Assembly: GCA_977030845.1 (NCBI GenBank)
Contig: OZ365109.1
Span: forward strand, 59,830,001 to 59,894,000
Source of the DNA: Fimbriosthenelais zetlandica
Lineage: Eukaryota
Length of the DNA stretch: 64,000 bases
Reading direction: 5' to 3'
Below, piece after piece: positions 24,201 to 39,066 of the stretch. The notes under the pieces are model-generated. The model ran no database searches and was not told the DNA's origin. It saw only the letters and a list, made by a program, of their open reading frames with translations. Within the stretch, counting starts at the first letter, position 1. Each line of letters opens with the position of its first letter. The position numbers and the translations under genes were made by a program.

Positions 24201-27200
24201 CCACTTGTTTTTGATGTATGACCTATTGCTTTACCTATCTTGTGGTGTACAGGGCATGTTTTATGCTTAAATAATGCGGAGTCATGTATCGCATTCAGCT
24301 TTGATCACAAAATGAAGCACGACATCCTGCCCCAGTCTTACATGATAATACATGTATTGTCTATTAACATCTAGATAATGATGTCCCCTTATTCATGGCA
24401 ACTTTCCCTATGTACACACGTAAAGCCTGTGTTTATTGATGTATATCTGCGGTATGCATGCATAGACCTACTACACCCTATACCCTTCATGCTTGTTGAG
24501 AAACCATAGAGAAATATCTATTTCTTCCTTCAATCGAAATAGAAACTCTTTATTTTTGAGAACGTACAAGAAGATTATTTTCATGATATTGTCCAGTACT
24601 GGTACAGTATATCATTTAGATGTGCCACTCATACTGAAACCTGTTTTGGGAGAAGTTCACTTTGCGTATCTGGTCATCGTTTCCCAGTTGGAATCTCTAG
24701 GCTCGCAATCATTGATCTTAAGGGTAAATCCTATCTCTGGTCAAAGTCCTCTCATAGGTCAACACTGGACATAGCAATCCATGCAATAAAGAAGATTTTT
24801 TTGCTCTTCCCCAATTTCTTCGCATTGATCTCCTTACTTTAGAAGTATAGCCTATATAGCCTGGCTAGAAAGGCCACGTTGTACTGATGTTTATCGTCAT
24901 CATACATTTGAGTTCTAAAGTCAGATTTAATATCAAATCATTTCCGATACCATCCAATTTCAGATTATCTGATATATCAGATAGAAGGTCAATATTTCAA
25001 TTATGGGTTAATTCCGATTACAAAGAGGTATTATTTCATATCTGCGTATTATACCAATCATTTTTGCAATGTGGAACAGATTGTTCTAGACTTAGGGACG
25101 GGAGTTTCGGGACATGATTTTTTAAAAAGAGACATTTTTTAAAAAGAAGTGGATTCTCCTTCAATAACTGCTATAGCTTAATATAATTCCTACACATTGC
25201 CCATGGATGAGTTCAAAAATAAATCTGTAGAAATAAATAAATCACCTCAAGTTCTCCTCAGGATATATGCAGCGTGCACTAGGAAATGTGCCTGAGATGC
25301 CATGCATCCCACCCACACTGAGGGATGCATCAATGGTGAATAAACTAATACAAATACCTATTTACCACTTCGGCCCAATTACCCCACGCCACCCAACTTT
25401 CTATAGCCAGGAATCATTGACATGGTGGAAACGGGGTATCCTGGAGATCAATATGTCATAGTGGTGTTTATAAATACCAACAGCTTCTATTCATACCCTC
25501 TGTAAGCAGGCAGCTATTAAGTGCTCTCCGAAGGGTTACAAACCATCAGTACTTTATCAGATGCACAAACAAACTAAATTATGTACAGCATGGCACATAG
25601 ATCAGAGAAACCAATGAACACGGAAGAGTATTGTAGACCGAATGATGCACTCTAATCTCTTGTGATTTCCGGGAAGTTGATATTTAAATGCTATTTCCTG
25701 TGCAAGCTACATTGGCTTCTAACAAAACCATTTTGATGACTTCTACCAAAGATCAGGAAACAGAACAGGAACAGAACAGGAAATTACTTAAATTTGATCA
25801 TTTCATAAATGTGCAAAAGGGGACTTCTGATAATTAATGTCAAAAACTTATAAAGTATTTCTCAAGTAAGTGTTGGCAAAAGAGGAGGAGGAAATCTCTG
25901 CCATCCTTAGAACCAGGACCAGTCACTTGTCCTGACTTGAATTGTCATTGGCAGGGAACTAGTCACTTAGTGTGTTTTGGCCAGTAAAGAGGTCTGATCA
26001 GGGACTATCCAAAAGGACTACACGGTGGTCAGTCACTTGGGGACGGTAAGAAATCAATGCCAATGGTATCTACATATGGTCAGTGGGCCGGTGGGCAGTG
26101 TCCAGATACTATCACCGACATGCCAGCTGCACTTCTGATCGACCTGCTCAGGGATTCCCAGGAGCTGCTCTCAAAGCTCAGACTCTGACTCAAGACATCT
26201 GACAACCCAAGTACCAAGAGAGCCCGGAGTCCAGAGAGACTAGTCGCAGATTTCCAGGTAGAGCTTTCAAGGATAATATTTTAAATTTGCCTGAGTGAAT
26301 CCTCCTACATCTGACAAGATGTTCGGAGTGTTGCCAGGTTCTGATAACAGATGGTCAGAGCTCTGGATTCTCATCAATATTCTTCATATCATCCTTCTTG
26401 CCTTATTGAAGCGCGTGCAAGGATGGAGGAATCTGATAAGAAACTTTCTCTGAAGTTTCTGCAGTGTTCAGGTTCGGAAATATGACATTCCTGACATGGA
26501 CTTCGGGCAAATAAATTTGGAAGTCTGCTTTTATGAAAATGATTTTATGAAAACATAATATCAGAACAACAATTCGTAGAATTTTACTGATTTTAAACGA
26601 ACCTATTTAATTCTCGACAGATCTCATGCCAAAACGGCATACACCGGTTGTTTTGTCCTAAAAACACAAAATACAGCGACATTATTGTGAGTCAAGTCAA
26701 TACCGCTCCCTAATATGACTGTCTGTGATCCTGGCAATATTCTGTATAATAGAAGCATGACATGTGTGGATTGCTGTACAGCCTGCTGTGGGAATATAGT
26801 ACAGAATCCTGCATAGCTCTGGTTCGCCTCGTATAGTTGAAGCCCTCACCAGAATAAAGGGCTTGGGGGCCCATATGTCATCATATAGCTGGATCTGTTT
26901 GATTCAGGGGATCAAGAGCACATCTGCTCTATCAAAATGAAGGCTTATATCATTGTAGTTCACCTCCTGTATAAGTCCGTTTCCTTTTGAGATCGGAGTG
27001 GGACAAAATATCCATCCTCTGTAATTTACACTTTCAGAATTCATTTCAGAATGAAGCAATTAGTTCCTTATCATTGTGTTGCATATATGGTATTTAAAGT
27101 TTAATTTGAATCTGGAGGAATTTGGAACTTCATTCTTTTGTTAATTGCAGGTTGCCAATGAAAAATGTGAAACTGGGGTAATTGTAAATTCTCAATTTCT

Positions 27201-30200
27201 ATGGCATTAAGAATTAATAACTTTTGTATCCATCTGGGGACTGTAATTATCTAGCCTTTCTTTTGGTCTTTCATAAACTGGAATTACCAACCTTAATTGA
27301 GTTACGAAACACAAATCAATCCTTAATGGACTGTGAGTGTGTCTGTGGGTACTTTTACTCCTCCTCTGAGAAGCTTTTAACATATAACGCCCTAGCGTGA
27401 TGTTTTAGCCTATTTGGAAGACATCTGAATATTTCATGATGTTAATTCAGCTCAAAACTCCCTGACCGTGCTTGTTCGGGTCAGCTGGCATTTAACATTG
27501 CTGATACTGGAAAAGGTTGATGGTTTGCAGGCGACTTTGTCACTATGCTATATTAGGCCAAATACATAGCGGAAAAGCGTCCAATGAGATAGGGCTCACA
27601 GAGTGCTTTGACATGGTTCTCGCAGGCTGGTCGGGGCGCGAGTGTAATGTCGATTTTGTCATTGATCCAAGATCCCCAGCGGCTGCAAACTAAGAGAGAA
27701 ACGTGGATCAAGCATCATCAAAGGCAGATTAACCCGTGGCACAACAGGGGATCCACTCGCTGTGTGCAGCATTCGGATGTCAAACGTGGACCCGTCCTCT
27801 GACCACTTCCTCCTACCACATCGAAAAAAAACGTCGAGTCCAGTGTATCCAATACTGGTTGACTGCCTTAAAACTCTCGGCCTTGCCAGATCCGACCACC
27901 GTGAAATGTGAAAAGGATGAGTGGACTGATCTAAAATGGCCTCTGTGGTTCCATCAGGTCTAGACACTCGCTTAAACGATAGTCAGAACTGTCGATGCGA
28001 TTATCTTTGAAGAATATTTTCAACTGGTGTTTGTGTGTTATTTTGTCTTATTGTTAAGGGCTGCCACTTAGCATTCGTCTCATACATCGCCCCGCCTTAG
28101 CCAGTGGTAGCCGGGGCCATATAACGTGCTGACCTGACATTATGTCACCACTGGAACCTTAACGCCTCATTGGCACAATCGAGATCCACCGGAGATAGAT
28201 CCGAGTTTACCAATGCAAAACACGAACCTTCTAAAGTACATGTGCTGGCCAATGGTGACTGGCTCCCATTTTCTCTATCTGAGACGCCATTTTTGTCTCT
28301 TTCTAACCTACCCATGGGGGCTGAACTGAGATCTTGCCACTTAGGTAAATGAGAAAACTCCTTTCTACGAGACTCGCCACTGCTAGCTAGCTTGCTAAGT
28401 ATGCTCTTATTCTTGTCTGTCTGACCACCCCCATACTTATTTAAAAAACTGAAATATTGCCTACAAAGGGAGAAACACTAATGGGCAAACCGTTGGTAAA
28501 AAGTTGATTCACGATTGGCTTAAACGTCCTTAGTCTACATAGTGTATTCCTGTAACTATACTTGTTCTCGGGAAATATGTATTGCTATGCTTTTCTTGTG
28601 GAAACTACTTATCGTACATTATTGTGTGCTATAATATGGGTTCAAGCAGTCTAGCTGTGACAGCTTTTCGTCCACATCATTGAACTTATTACTGCTTGCA
28701 TTTTTTACCTTGAAGTCCTCTTTGCCCTTAGATGCTCTCCCTTCTCTGGCGTTTGATTATTTTGATTGGAGGTTTATATTTTGTGTTCTTGAGATGGACT
28801 CTTTTTCAACAATCTTCAGGATGGGTATTGGTGTTTGCCATTTGGAAAAGATAAATCCTATACTACTACCATGGTTACGACCGCAGCGAAAGGTCACTTG
28901 AAGTTAAGGTCATATTGTAAGGTCACCCATCCGGGAGTTTCTCGCTCATTTCCGGGCAATTGAATGTTTCCCTGAGGTTCAATTTTTAAATCATTGGTCT
29001 CTGCTAAGAAATGTTGTTTCCATTCCCCATCATCGATATTAATTTTGTTTTGATATTAGGTAGGATTCCCCCAGCAAACTGTCCTCCTGTGTATTATAAC
29101 ATATTTTTAATATTAAGTTAAAATGGTTTAACAAAAGCTCAACATAATGAAATAGGACCCGTCGTCATATAACTTTCCTGAGTAGGATGGAGTTCCAAAT
29201 AGCAGTATTGTGGAGTAGATGATTCTTTGTAATGAATACCAAATCTGAAGCCATGACTATTGCCCCTTTAGAAGTACACCCCCTCTATCATGACATCACG
29301 GCGTCTAGCTGTGCCTCTAAGTAATGTTTCCTGTGAAGATGTTGGCCACAAACTTGCAATAACTCTCTCCTTTGAATCTCTAGCTCTCCTCACTGTTCAT
29401 CTGACCCAGACTTAATGAGGCAACATTTCACCAGTGGTAAACATCCGCTACGCCTCCTGTGTAGACGGGGTAATTAACTAAAGACACACAGACTATGAAA
29501 GAGTATTAGTACTAATTAGAATAGAGAAAATGACCATAGGCGATAGACTCCTGCAAGTCAGGAAAAATGAGCTGGTACATCAGCTAAGACTGATTTGTTG
29601 CCATTATCTTCATCCCTTGGCAACCCAGGTGGAAATCTTAAAGAAAGGGAAAGTCATTTAATAATGCAGGGGGGCATGATTACATATGGGAAGGCGATGG
29701 GCAGAACTGGAGAAAATTGTGCAGCAATTTCGTTTGAGACCTCGAGGGTCACAAAAAAAGGCGAAACACAAAAATGAGTTCTGGCATCAGCGAGCTACTG
29801 TTAATCTGACTTACTTTACATCAAACCTGTGTCCGGTCTGTAATAGAAGATGCGCAGCATCAAATTGCAGCTTTTAAAATACTGTCAGGATTTCACCAAA
29901 AATAGTTCTACTATTATGTAATTAAAAAAAGACACAGGAAAAAACTAATATTCACTAATATCAAGGACATTGGTGAATAGATTAACAACTTTGTGGGCAA
30001 TGAGGAAAGAAAAAACAGTTTCCTACGAAGCTTTTCAGGAAGTGCAATTATGAATGACAGGTCTCTTCTTCCCACAACAACATACACAATGCATTCAGGT
30101 TTTTGGATTGAGCAGACCTCCACTTGGTCCAAGATTTTAGACTGAAGGGACAATGGCTCCATTATCAGAGGACATGAGGCAATTTTGCCCCCCTTCCAGA

Positions 30201-33200
30201 AAACTTTGTATGGTGGAACGTTGACTGATGATCTACGGAACTTCTAAAATATTTACATAGCCTGCCGTACTAGTTTGTGTCCGATAGCGGCGGGTCATCT
30301 GTCTTGGGAGTAGACACAGACATTTGCGATGAAAGTATTTCCCAAGGGCCGGAAACATACCAGGGTACAAAGGAAGTGCCATGCACCAAAAAAGAGCACA
30401 GTTCCATCTTGTTCCTGGGTTTTATTCTTTCTCTTGGGAATTAAATCAGCATCAGAGAGGTAATTGGCATGGTGGAGTGGCAAGACAGCTGCAATCAATA
30501 TAGCCTTGTGCACCTTTTTACACCCGTTCTACATTGTGATTCATACATGCTTAGGGGAATTCAGAATTGTATGTATATCAAATGGAACAGGATCTTAATG
30601 GTATAATTCGAGATTGAAACCTGGTTTCGCTGGCAGCTAGTATGGACGCCTATTCAGATATCATCTTCCGATTCTCATAGGATATCAACATACTTGGCAG
30701 GTCTATAATACCCCAGCTTTGTTGCGATCTCACTGTCTGAGCCCACACACATCACTTCCTAATGTCTTTCCCACTATTAATTTGTCCCAATTTGAGTTCA
30801 CACTAATTATTGTACATTTAGTTATGCGGTAATAGGTGACATGTACTTCATAATGTGGAGTTTTGCCAAATTTAGAGTTTGCTTTTGAGTTTGGTCTACC
30901 ACTTCAAGTGATAATAATAATAATATCGGTAAGTTCATAATACTGTTCATATACTTCGGAAATTCGGAAGTAAATTATAGCAAACGCTTTGTTAAGAGAA
31001 TCAGATTTTTGTTCCTCTCTTGAATCAAAATGTGGTTTGGAGGACCACGCTAGGGTGCATCTGAAGATCACTATTGCATTCCAATGGCTACCGAGCACAA
31101 GCCATGCTTGAAATTAATCGGTCTTTTCTTCTCCGGTCGATGGAGTGCTGTATCTGATCCGTGGTCAAGGGATATCGGTCGCCAGCATCGATTTTGGGTT
31201 ACTTGGTTATGTCCTACTGAATAAGACCCCAATGGTTGGGCCCAGGGTCTTTAGCAATCAATGGAGAAACAGGCAAGTCAGTGGATCTGGGAGAGGAGAA
31301 CAATGGCCTCTCTATTGAGAGTGGGATGACCAATAAAATGCAGTGTGTCAGTGGAAAATGCCATTGACCTTTCCTCCAGCAATATCACTGTTAGAGCAAT
31401 CAAAGAAGGTGCACTTTATTAATGCCATGTCACCTGGGATGGGGCAAATTACTTGTTGAGAGAGGCTGATTCTTTGGATGCATGGTCCTGAGTATTTGAC
31501 TGTTTAACCCTCCTTCATATTTTGGAATGATAGACTGACTTGAATCATGAATTGTTGATAGAACTTTGTGCGTGTCTTTCAACTTGTGCAACCCATCTCT
31601 TGGGTCTGATTTTGATCAATATAAGACAATCTAAACAGTTATTTGTATAAGAATTAAATAATGGGAAAACATCCCGGCATCATTTTAAATGGTGATTTGG
31701 TGTGGAAGTGGTGAAAAAATATTGATAATATTATTGCTTTAATGTTCCATTAAATCCGCTTCTTTAGTTGGGCGTTTTGCTGTGCATGTTATGCATGGTA
31801 ACCATTTTACTTCATTAGGATTGGTAGAACAAACAGTGATTGATTGCATGTTGCATACCATCCTTGCAGATCCCATCCTTGCGGGTCTAATGGCTTTCTG
31901 ATAAATTTCTGACGAAACCTGGTTCCATGTGGGATCCCCTGATCATTCTTACAGTGCCTGTTCATAATCCATCTATTATGAGAATAACTCCTAATACCTC
32001 TCCTCAGTACAAGGCATTTAGCTTATAGCCAGTACACCTTCAATATTTAACATGTAGATCGTACGGCTTAGCGTGAGGGTAACAGGTATCTTAATATGGG
32101 CGTTCTCTTTACTGGGAGGGGGAATCAGTCTCCAGTAAGGTAAATAGGGATACTGGATAGGTGACATCAGATCCATGTAGGTAATATGGCTGACTCAGTA
32201 GTTGCCATCAAGTCTGGCAATAGATTTTTCAGCTGTTTCTTCCCTATATTGGCCAGACTGTATATTTGTACTCTAAATCACATCAGTGTGGGAACACATG
32301 AATATGTTTTACAAAATATTTAGAATCATTAATTTTTATCTATGAATTAGGACAGATTATCTGTTCAAAGGGTTTTCATTAAAGGATATCTGCAAAAGGA
32401 CACGAAAAACCAAGCTAGTGTTTGTGATACATTTTCTTACTGAAGCCCACTGTATTTTGTAGCCCGTACATTATCGTAATTAAAATGGTCGTAAATATAC
32501 CGTATAATCATACCAATCGTGTAATGAGCACTTGCTTTGAAAGATTCTCATATATTAGTCATAGGCAGTTTGTAATTACAAACTAAAACATTTCCATGCC
32601 ACTGAGGTCCATATAATAACCCCACTTTTCCCACATAAGAAATTGAAATTTATAGGGCAATCGGGCTATCGTTGGAAACTATTGAATTAATTAGTCATTT
32701 CCACCTATTTTGATTGCTTACACCTCAATCAATTGGATTACCGTGTCGCTCATCAATTTCAGCCGGGGCTGGGGCGATGGGATCTCGTTTGGAATCTTCT
32801 CAATTGAATTCTCCAAATACATTACAGGTTAAAAGATTTTTGCCTTTCAATTTGTAATCCAATAAAAAGAATCCCCCTCGACCATGCTTCAGTCAATTGA
32901 AAAAGTGTTCTTGGTGCAGTGAGTTTTTTTTTATAAGAGTTACACATTGGGCGACTTTACTTTGCACTTCCAGAACTGTATTTTGAGTTTCTCAAATGAG
33001 TTGGTAAAGTCCATTTCTGCCTTGTTTGAAGTGATTGGCAGAGATGATTGTTCACAATGTATTGTAGTCTTCCATCATTGCTGAGTTTGCCTTTCGACAG
33101 CAACTCCCCAAACTTGAATGATTTATCAACTATGTCTGAAAACTTGCAAAAATTCCCGTTGGATTTTCAACCTTGTTCGCGCATTCACCGAGTGACATGA

Positions 33201-36200
33201 CATGATTCTTTTTGTGTTGCCATTGAATAGTTCAAAGGCGGAAAAAACTTACAGTGATCAGCATTTCTTGGCAAAACTGCCAAGAAAACGGGCGTGTGAA
33301 AATAGAAAAAGGAGCAGCACTCTCGATCATCATTGGTTTTCTCATGGGCATGTTTATGTCATCGAATTTCGGAGGACCATTCGAATTTGGCTGGGAGGCT
33401 TTAATCTGCCGCGGGCTGCGACATGTGTGACTGGGTGGTGAGGCAGTGTGTTGATTACCACACGGCCAAGGTTGCTGCTGAACCTGATAGTGGCACGGAC
33501 CGAGCTGCTCTTTCATGTCGCTTTATCGACTTAGCTCTACTGGGGCCTGGTCCACGGCTGCAGGCGGTCTTCCTCCCTCAAAGATCCTGGTAGTTGGTGG
33601 GGGGCAAAACAGCTGTCAGCCTTCCCAGAATGGCTGTCAATCGGCAAGACAAACGTTATTCTTTGTTGGAGGGTGGAGTGACGTGCCGGCTGTGGGATTG
33701 TCAACCCTCACACCCCAGCCCTGCTTGGCGCGCCTTGTGCTCGTGCCAATACTTGCCACATCACAGCTGAGAGGCTGAGCACTGCCATGACAACAATGTC
33801 AAAGCTGGATGATATAAGCCAGGGCTGTACTTGATCTCTGTGGGGGTTATAAAGCTATTTCCTTCCTTACATCACCCCATGGTAGTTACATTGATTCCTC
33901 CAATATCAATAATAACAGAGAAAAGCTATTATGTCACATGGAAAGAAACTTTTTCAAACTGTCCTGTTCAAATCATCGATGCATCCTGGACAAGGTTAGA
34001 ACGGTTAAAGCCTCTTATTTCAGAGCGTAATGGAATCAGAAGTATAGAAGACCGACTGTTACCCAATGAACCCACACTAAAGGATTGTGAATAGTAAAAG
34101 GAAAATGCTCAAGATGCGTCCTCAATCAGTTAAATTATTTATCTTCTGTGCAATGGTGGCCAGCGGAAACCTTAGATTCAGGATGTAAGGTATGCTCTTT
34201 TATGGCATAATAAATGCGTCTCTTATCACATATGCGCCTTCATCTTGGCAAACTGTGGCCTCCAGTGACAAAAATTAGGCCTTTGATTGATCTGAGGGCC
34301 ACCAAGTGTTGAAGCATTGATAGAGGAACCTCCCGTGGCTTTTCCCTCTACGCTACATCCGTTGGGAAAATCTTCCAAATTTAAAGAAGGCGCATTAATA
34401 GGACCAAAGTCCCTCTCTCTGTGGCATCCAACTAGTTCCATTAACTACCAATAGGTTTAGCGCCAAACGGAAGTCATTGACAGGAAGGAACATTCGATGG
34501 CAGACAGGTTCGGCTGAGCTCTGTTCGGAACTTAACATTAACCTTTTTAATTAGAACAACCAGTCTGTGCTAGACCTGACGTCTACATGCCTGACATTAG
34601 TCTCTCGTTGCTAAGTGTTGAGAGATTTATTAATGGGGGCCAATTATATATCCTATGTAGGGCCTATTCATTTTCTCCTTATTGCTGTCAGCGGGGCAAG
34701 GGGAATAGATACATATGCTTGACAGTCCCCCTTTAAAAATTATGGCGGCTTTGGATAACGTCTATGCATCGGTATCCCTATGTTGGAAGGAAATTCTCTG
34801 GCATCTCCCATGCAGTGATGGATAAGGGAGAGTGCTAATTTCCTTTGGGTAACAGCAACCTACACCTTCTTGATAATGGAATGATTGACATTATTATGTC
34901 ATGTGTAATGATCATTCAATGTACATTCAGGATTGGACAATCCATCAAGATGCTTTAGGAATTTGCCATGCTAATATAATTGGCTACAATATTGTCATAG
35001 TATTATACAAATCGACTTTTATGTTTGAAATAATGACATGGCTAGTACAATATTGTTTCGGAACTTAAAGTTGAGTCTGGCGGAAGGATAATGAACAAGT
35101 CGCCAACTCGAGGGTGACTACATGACAACCTTTTCTCCCAGCCATCCTACAGTCTCATCAACTAGAAGGGTTGCTATGTTCAAAGTTTGAAGATTAATGA
35201 TAATGCCTTGTATGAATTATTTATCAAACGTTGTTGCAGAAATAACCCAATAGATCATAGTGCTTGGCTGCGATGATTGCGGGAGAGGGGCTGGGAAGCG
35301 AGGCCCCATGCATCAGCCTTGTAATAAGGAGGTGGTATGACACACTGCATGATGTATCCTTGCCTTCCTGCCGGACCAACGCTGCCAGCCTTGCTCCCTA
35401 CAACATCTGTCTCCTTCAATATCCACATAGCCACCGCCAGGCCCACACCTATACTGAGCCCACACTCGCAGGTCCTTCTCCATTGGGAGAACATATATAT
35501 CAGGATATATAGACATTTCATTTGATTCCAAATCTCTTCGTAATACCTCACCGACCATGGAGGTTATTTACAAGCAGGGGGCTGATATTCTCTGATGTTC
35601 CTTGCCATAGCGCTGACCACACGCACATAAAAAATTCTGTACGAATTCCCCAATTTCTTTTCCCAGTTCTTTTCCATGATAGAACCATTTATAACGTGGG
35701 TCATGCAAAAGGAAGATTTCTTAGAAGTAGTTCTGATGGGGGCCGGATGGGGGGTAGAGTCGCCTATAGCTGCATGTGTTACTACAGTGTACTTGTCACA
35801 ACAATTCAAACTGTCTCACGAAATGAAATTAAACATGGTGACATGATTTCTTAAGCTAGTGATGAAGGACTCAGTGAATCACCAAGAGCCTGAACACGTT
35901 TCCAAAGAGAAATCCAATTAGGATGAAAAAACTCATGGGAAATAATCATCGACCAAAGTCGTTAAACTTCCTTATTAAAATCACGGATCCAGTAATGGAA
36001 GGAGAAGAAATTTGATCCAATGTCACATTTAAAATTGGATGACTACGTAGAATGATCTTTATAATTATTGCACTCCACGTATCCTGGACCTAAAGGCAAT
36101 AAGAAGTGGGTTGATCTGATTTGACCGAGACATGAAAATATCTTATAGCAGAGTGGTGTTATACTTTCCTTCCTATATTATATGGCTGTATTTATTATAT

Positions 36201-39023
36201 GCCTTATTTATTTTAATCCATCCTAGAATATCCTAGAGCATACATAAGGATAATATGTACAGTACATAACCTTTAATGTATTATGTATGCATTCTGTTAA
36301 TTTCAATTCTCATGCATTCTCAGGGACTCATGCATTTCTTTAGTTTTGCTTTAACATTCAGATGTGGTCTATAGAAATACTGAGCGCAGATTCATCAATT
36401 AGGTGATAATGATTTATAACCTGAGCAGGCGTCCTCTTGACCCTCCAATACCATGCCATGTGCACATGTCCTCACATGTCAAGCACCCAAGGGATGGCTG
36501 CCTTCACATCCGTTGTAAGAAGTGGCATTTTTTGCCTCGTACAAAAAGCCCAGTCCAAAGTCATGAGCAAGACCACCTGCCAACCAGGAAATGAATTAAC
36601 CCGATAGCCGGAAATGAAGCGACTCTTGATGTCTGCAGCTTCCTGGCTGCTGGAGCCACCGCCGTCTTATGCCGCCAATGCTTGGCAGCAAATGTCCCCC
36701 TTGTTCATTGTCGCCCCCTTATCGCACGTTCACATGTTAACTTATTCTGCTGGAAAATATGGTCATAAACCAGGCTTCTCTAAAGGGATGGCTTGCTGGG
36801 GGCTGATGGGTGTGGGGAGAGGCTGTCTAGAATAGCCTAGTTGTTGACTTGCTCAGGGAAATAAGTGATAATTTTTCCTTGATGACGCTGTGACCTTGCG
36901 AGGACATTTCGATATATCAACTTTAGTGTGGTTCCATTTGTGTGGTTCCTTTTGAATCCTTAGAACTTATCGTTATAGGTTTTAAAAAATAATTTTATCG
37001 TGATATGTGTCCATCATCGCGGTTTTTCATACTGATGGTACAAAGCAATTGCTTTTAATTTCCGAGTGATTAATCCATCTTAATTGCATCACGTGTGTAT
37101 CCAAAGGGAGTCCAAAAATTCACACCCAAATGATTCCACTGACAGCTCACGCCCATTACATAAGCGACTAAAAAACAATCTCAGGTGAAAATGCTATTCT
37201 ATATCCATTCTCTGTAAGCATACTTCATTTAAGTGGGACAGAAATATTCCAATATGCCGGGCCTTTAAGGATGTGTCAAGTCAATCACCTCGTTACAGTA
37301 ATGCAAGCAGCTAAATAGCAATGGCACTGTTTATGAAATGAATTCAATGGAGTGTCAGTTTTAATTTCCAATTTCATACGCTATTAAAGATGTGATAATT
37401 CATTCATTACTGATGCCAGGCCGCATGGCTGAGTTGCCTTCCACATAGCAGTTCTCCACTAACTTACAAAGCTTGGACCTCTGGGACTCACTGTTCACCG
37501 TCGGTATATTTCATTTGAAGAGTATATTAAATAAAGTCATAGAAATCTATGTACATGTACATGCGTGTATAATATATGTCCAAATTTCCAAATGTGATTA
37601 CGAGTGGTACAATAACAGTTACTGTCAAGACAACAAGTTTGAGACTACTTAAGTTGTACTCTTTAATGTTTTTGAAAGCATCATTCAGATTTTAGTATTT
37701 TTCTCTGGAATGGAATTTTTTATTCTGCTAATTGTTTCCGTGTGCATCACAATTATACTAAATAGCTTCCAACAGAAATGTTCTAGAAGGCTTAGCCTAA
37801 AGTAGCTGTAAGTACTAGGATTTCAATGGCTGCCTATTGCCGACACAACTGCCAATTACTTTAATTGAGCAGGGAAGGCATAGGCGTCCTCCTTGATATC
37901 ATTTGCATCTTGGGACTTCTCTGATTCGATGGATTCCTTATTAGCATCAGCAGACGATGGCTGTCTAATCCCCACTGATTTATTCTATATTCAAAATGAA
38001 TAAGCACGCACCATTGCAGTGGTGGTCCTAAAATATGCAGACAGAGGGAGTCCAACTCGATTAAAAGCAATAACAACTGCCAACCTAAATCAGCCAATTA
38101 ATGGATGACCCACAAAATGATTGATCTCCCTGTACATAATATAATATTAAAGTTCCACTGACTGCACTCCACCAGTTTGAAAACCTGTGAACAATACTGG
38201 CAATGTCAGCTACAAGAGGATAAGCATATGATCAGTTATCAAATACTAACAGGGCAATTGCTGGTATCCTCTTTTTTTATCGCTGGCAGTAGCCGCCACT
38301 TCACATCAGTGGATCTTGAATCGCTATATGACATGGAAGCAATCGTACGGAAAGCTGGGTGTGACAGAGCTGTAATTGCGGGGAGATTACGGGGGCCCTC
38401 TGGTTCTGGACACAGCCACATGGGGACGCCTCCTCCCACACACTGGCGGAGAGTAACTCCTCTGTGAGGCCAGCAAGCAGCAGGAGCTGCTCACGAGCTG
38501 GGATGTTATCGATGTGTAGCCTCCAGTCTGGCTGCTGGTCCTTGTACGGTTCGAATTACCTGGAAGCTGACGACTGTCGCATCGTGCATGACACAGGCAC
38601 ACCTCAGTATGAATAACGCCTGCCAGCTGTCAGGACGATTTACTTGCCACACATTCCTTTGTTCCAACCCAATGCCTTTCCACATTTTACCTTCCTATGC
38701 TTTTGTGTTTCCTGCGGTTTCGTGCAAAGCCCATGAGACAAGATTTGTTTCCACCCATAGGCAATAAAGACGAAAAACAGATTTCACTGGCGCAGTGTGG
38801 GCGAGAATCTTTGGCAGTTGGAAGTATTGTGTTACCAAGACTTTAGATTCAATGGTGTTCTAACCCCTGGATGTTGACCCCGATTTATAATTATGAACAA
38901 ACCAAATAACAATGTATATATAATGTTATTTTGCTGGTAGAGAAATCGTATTTCGGTTATAAGTCAATCGGTTGAGTCTGAATTAAAACATTAAAGTTTG
39001 CCTATCTTTTCTTATCTTTACAG

Positions 39024-39066
39024 GTGTGTATCCTATTATGAGTATTAACAAGTAACTTCAATCAAG
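39024..39066 (+). other. Candidate 43-nt cryptic (recursive-splicing or poison) exon in the giant intron
   Basis: Acceptor cctatcttttcttatctttacag|GTGTGT and donor AAG|gtaagc. In the gene's phase it reads G-V-Y-P-I-M-S-I-N-K-stop (TAA 39053-39055). Confidence 0.35.

Noticed and set aside
27151-27177. 27-nt plus-strand microexon candidate (ttttgttaattgcag|...GGG|gtaatt)
   Set aside because: Open only in phase 0; in the gene's phase 1 it hits TGA immediately, and the donor is weaker than at 39066.
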